A stretch of DNA of 64,000 nucleotides from Oscillospiraceae bacterium (GTDB lineage: Bacteria > Bacillota > Clostridia > Oscillospirales > Ruminococcaceae). Under the pieces are notes generated by a model. That model did not search any database and was not told the origin of the DNA. It worked only from the letters and a program-made list of their open reading frames with translations. The stretch covers positions 90 to 64,089 of the forward strand of contig JAFYSU010000034.1 in the NCBI GenBank assembly GCA_017559185.1, given 5' to 3'. Positions 63,301 through 64,000 of this stretch are shown piece after piece; positions within the stretch are counted from its first letter, which is position 1, and each line of letters begins with the position of its first letter. A program made the translations under genes and the position numbers.

Positions 63301-63974
63301 TCAATTCCGTTTACATCGGTTACAGTGCTGCCTTTTGCCTGTTTTGAAAGGTCGTACACCGCATAAACATACATATCGTTCGCTTTAGCAGTTTTAATAA
63401 CCATATCCAATACATCAAATACAGCAGCCGACGGCATTGATGCTGTGTTGTGCAGTGCCTTGTTTTCGTAAAAGCAATCTACAACTATTGTGTTTATCTG
63501 CAATTCAAGCGCTGCTGCAACAGCTGCATCCAGCTCCTCTTGTACTGTTTGGCTGTCCTTGTTTTCCTGTGCCAAAAAGTCCACTCCGGCAGTAAGATGT
63601 ACTGCGCGCATTTCTTCCGGACGGTCAAACATAATATCATCGGGCAGTGAGGTATCCAAAGCCTCGGTAAACTCCGATTGTGCTGTTTCACCCTCAGCAT
63701 TAGGCTGTTCGCCATCCTGCTTTTCCGTGTTTTCATCTTCAGCATCTTCGGTATCTTGTTCAAAGTCTTCATCATCAGCATCGCCAAAGAATTCTTCTTC
63801 GTCTTGGTCGTCCTGTTTTATTTCTTCGATTTCCGAAACCGCTGTCTGTTCGGGCATAAGTTCCAAATCACTCAGGAAAAATGCAGCCGCAATTGCAATA
63901 AGGGTAATGACAAGAAAGCCGGCTGCCAAACCGACCAGCATTATTTTGCTGTTTGATTTTCTTCTCCTTGCCAC
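60333..63974 (-). CDS. Multidomain cell-wall hydrolase: N-terminal TM, acidic linker, GHL10/DUF187-like TIM-barrel region, beta-rich middle, N-acetylmuramoyl-L-alanine amidase (Amidase_3), 2x Big_2
   Basis: Amidase_3 blocks (KIVVDPGHGVKDKGA, YVSVHANSG). Two Ig-like Big_2 modules with shared SDDEDVAEVNSRGKVTAVGEG. GTG start 10 nt after GGAGG. Confidence 0.8.
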   Translation of the reverse strand: MARRRKSNSKIMLVGLAAGFLVITLIAIAAAFFLSDLELMPEQTAVSEIEEIKQDDQDEEEFFGDADDEDFEQDTEDAEDENTEKQDGEQPNAEGETAQSEFTEALDTSLPDDIMFDRPEEMRAVHLTAGVDFLAQENKDSQTVQEELDAAVAAALELQINTIVVDCFYENKALHNTASMPSAAVFDVLDMVIKTAKANDMYVYAVYDLSKQAKGSTVTDVNGIDTDSVDSVMSTLKQFVKKYDELNGIMFTGYYNPPQEGDYADYLKYGGGMGYDAYMKDASRSMITHAVRMVRSYCPNVQAGLLIDVPWANAMEHEEGSSTKAMWTALVDGNADTRRFINDGTVDFAMVQNYGSTLDGAVPFATVAKWWDSVANNAGIPVYMEHASSKICTDEAGWTSEDQLVRQVGALADCVAVQGSVFNSLSALSANTKNSTDALLAYFNDNISMDHILKDLVFTAPDAYNKTTFEKELLIKGASDPTFPLYMDGEEVERDSNGYFAIPVTLVPGDNVINFKHKDRDRTFHINRIVQIIKEVTPTGTMAVDGGMEVTVTVTAYQDAVLTASVGGQNITLTLDDTDEDEELRGTSYRKFKGVFTVPEATSSVQNLGQIKVHATWEGLSDSKTGANVTVNKKVAVGDGVLVRVTAAQAETFPINKLDDISSPSHYPLPKGTLDYAVGNEITYKDGNKTFNYYKLKSGLRVYSKDITAVSSGELYENTIKGMLVKADNRYTTVVLNTSQNVPYKVNYSGDSIQFSFQYTKKVPDNMKLSKNPLFSNASWNGSTLTLKLLKSGAFLGYTATYTNNGLEIAFNNPTQLKGSKIVVDPGHGVKDKGAAGFNPNYPESVINWEIAEKLAADLQSYGANVKLIKTRGVSVEPTMEERVAIANAFKPHVYVSVHANSGKSTAVGSEAYYFYPFAKNLSGYTASQMASALGTTNRGGKYGLYYVTRSSHYVAVLCETGFVSNRNDYNKLIETQYQKRVATGILASINTFLKGAGASNAGITGTQSVGSTTGVSTSSSSSRYEDDEDIIFTGDDTSIDLEKSKITLEEGESITLEYTLSDNDDDEVKWSSDDEDVAEVNSRGKVTAVGEGTAIITVTHKDSGEKDTCKVTVTSEDEDDEDEDEDEVEVTGIELDEEEVELEVGETIYLTETIKPSKATNTDVEWESDDEDVAEVNSRGKVTAVGEGECTITVTTDDGEFTAECVIIVTED
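60408..60758 (-). repeat. Two direct repeats of about 63 bp (60408..60470 and 60696..60758) inside the hydrolase gene
   Basis: accctcgcccactgcggttactttaccgcgcga.tt.acttcggctacatcctc.tcatcgg occurs twice at about 90% identity by eye. Both copies encode the same Big_2 strand SDDEDVAEVNSRGKVTAVGEG. Confidence 0.9.
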
Positions 63975-64000
63975 CTTAAAATTCCTCCTGTTTTGCTAAA

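Overview
This is a densely coding 64-kb chromosomal segment. By gene content it looks like a spore-forming anaerobic Firmicute of the class Clostridia: spoVT, a YtvI-like protein, CotH, GTP-dependent PEP carboxykinase and Fe-S ATPases are all present. I support about 58 protein genes and one tRNA-Leu(UAA). I recognise no rRNA, CRISPR array, transposase, integrase or prophage genes.

The ORF track prints GTG/TTG starts as M and takes the longest ORF. I therefore re-set many starts using Shine-Dalgarno spacing and family-typical N-termini.

Gene content in order:
- MATE transporter fragment and a Wzx-type flippase.
- potABCD polyamine importer behind a leader of about 365 nt.
- A ribosyl/nucleoside utilisation locus: ribokinase, a CUT1-type ABC importer without an ATPase gene, a nucleoside hydrolase and an AllA-like cupin.
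- livJ-HMGF branched-chain amino-acid importer, then an orphan carbamate kinase and a YtvI-like protein.
- ACT-hom-thrB-lysC threonine operon.
- A DUF134 / NifX-like / 2x MinD-ferredoxin ATPase / NifX-like operon.
- GTP-PEPCK.
- A wbpA-B-D-E-like operon for a UDP-2,3-diacetamido uronic acid.
- A VTC-domain / DUF4956 / CotH operon lying divergent to a two-component system and TraX.
- A TRIC-like channel, then LemA-DUF2207 with two lipoproteins.
- tRNA-Leu, a TetR/DMT pair and a complete MATE transporter.
- Two paralogous secreted proteins.
- PTS enzyme I, AlaX, an alanine symporter, a DegT aminotransferase, spoVT and an ABC-F ATPase.
- A 1213-aa multidomain cell-wall hydrolase.

The best candidates for an undescribed system are:
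1. The VTC/DUF4956/CotH module with its dedicated two-component system (34060..40270). The CotH domain is predicted to face outside the membrane.
2. The self-regulated NifX/MinD-ferredoxin metallocluster operon (24217..27065). No nitrogenase genes accompany it.

Smaller oddities:
- An out-of-frame ATG at an A5 run in the wbpE-like gene.
- Probable CTG and ATT initiation codons in the flippase and TraX genes.
- A near-identical 45-bp coding tandem repeat in the CotH gene.
- A PotD protein with a C-terminal membrane anchor.
- Codon-aligned antisense ORFs that appear to mark strongly codon-biased genes.

All homology statements come from reading the translations by eye. No database search was run.
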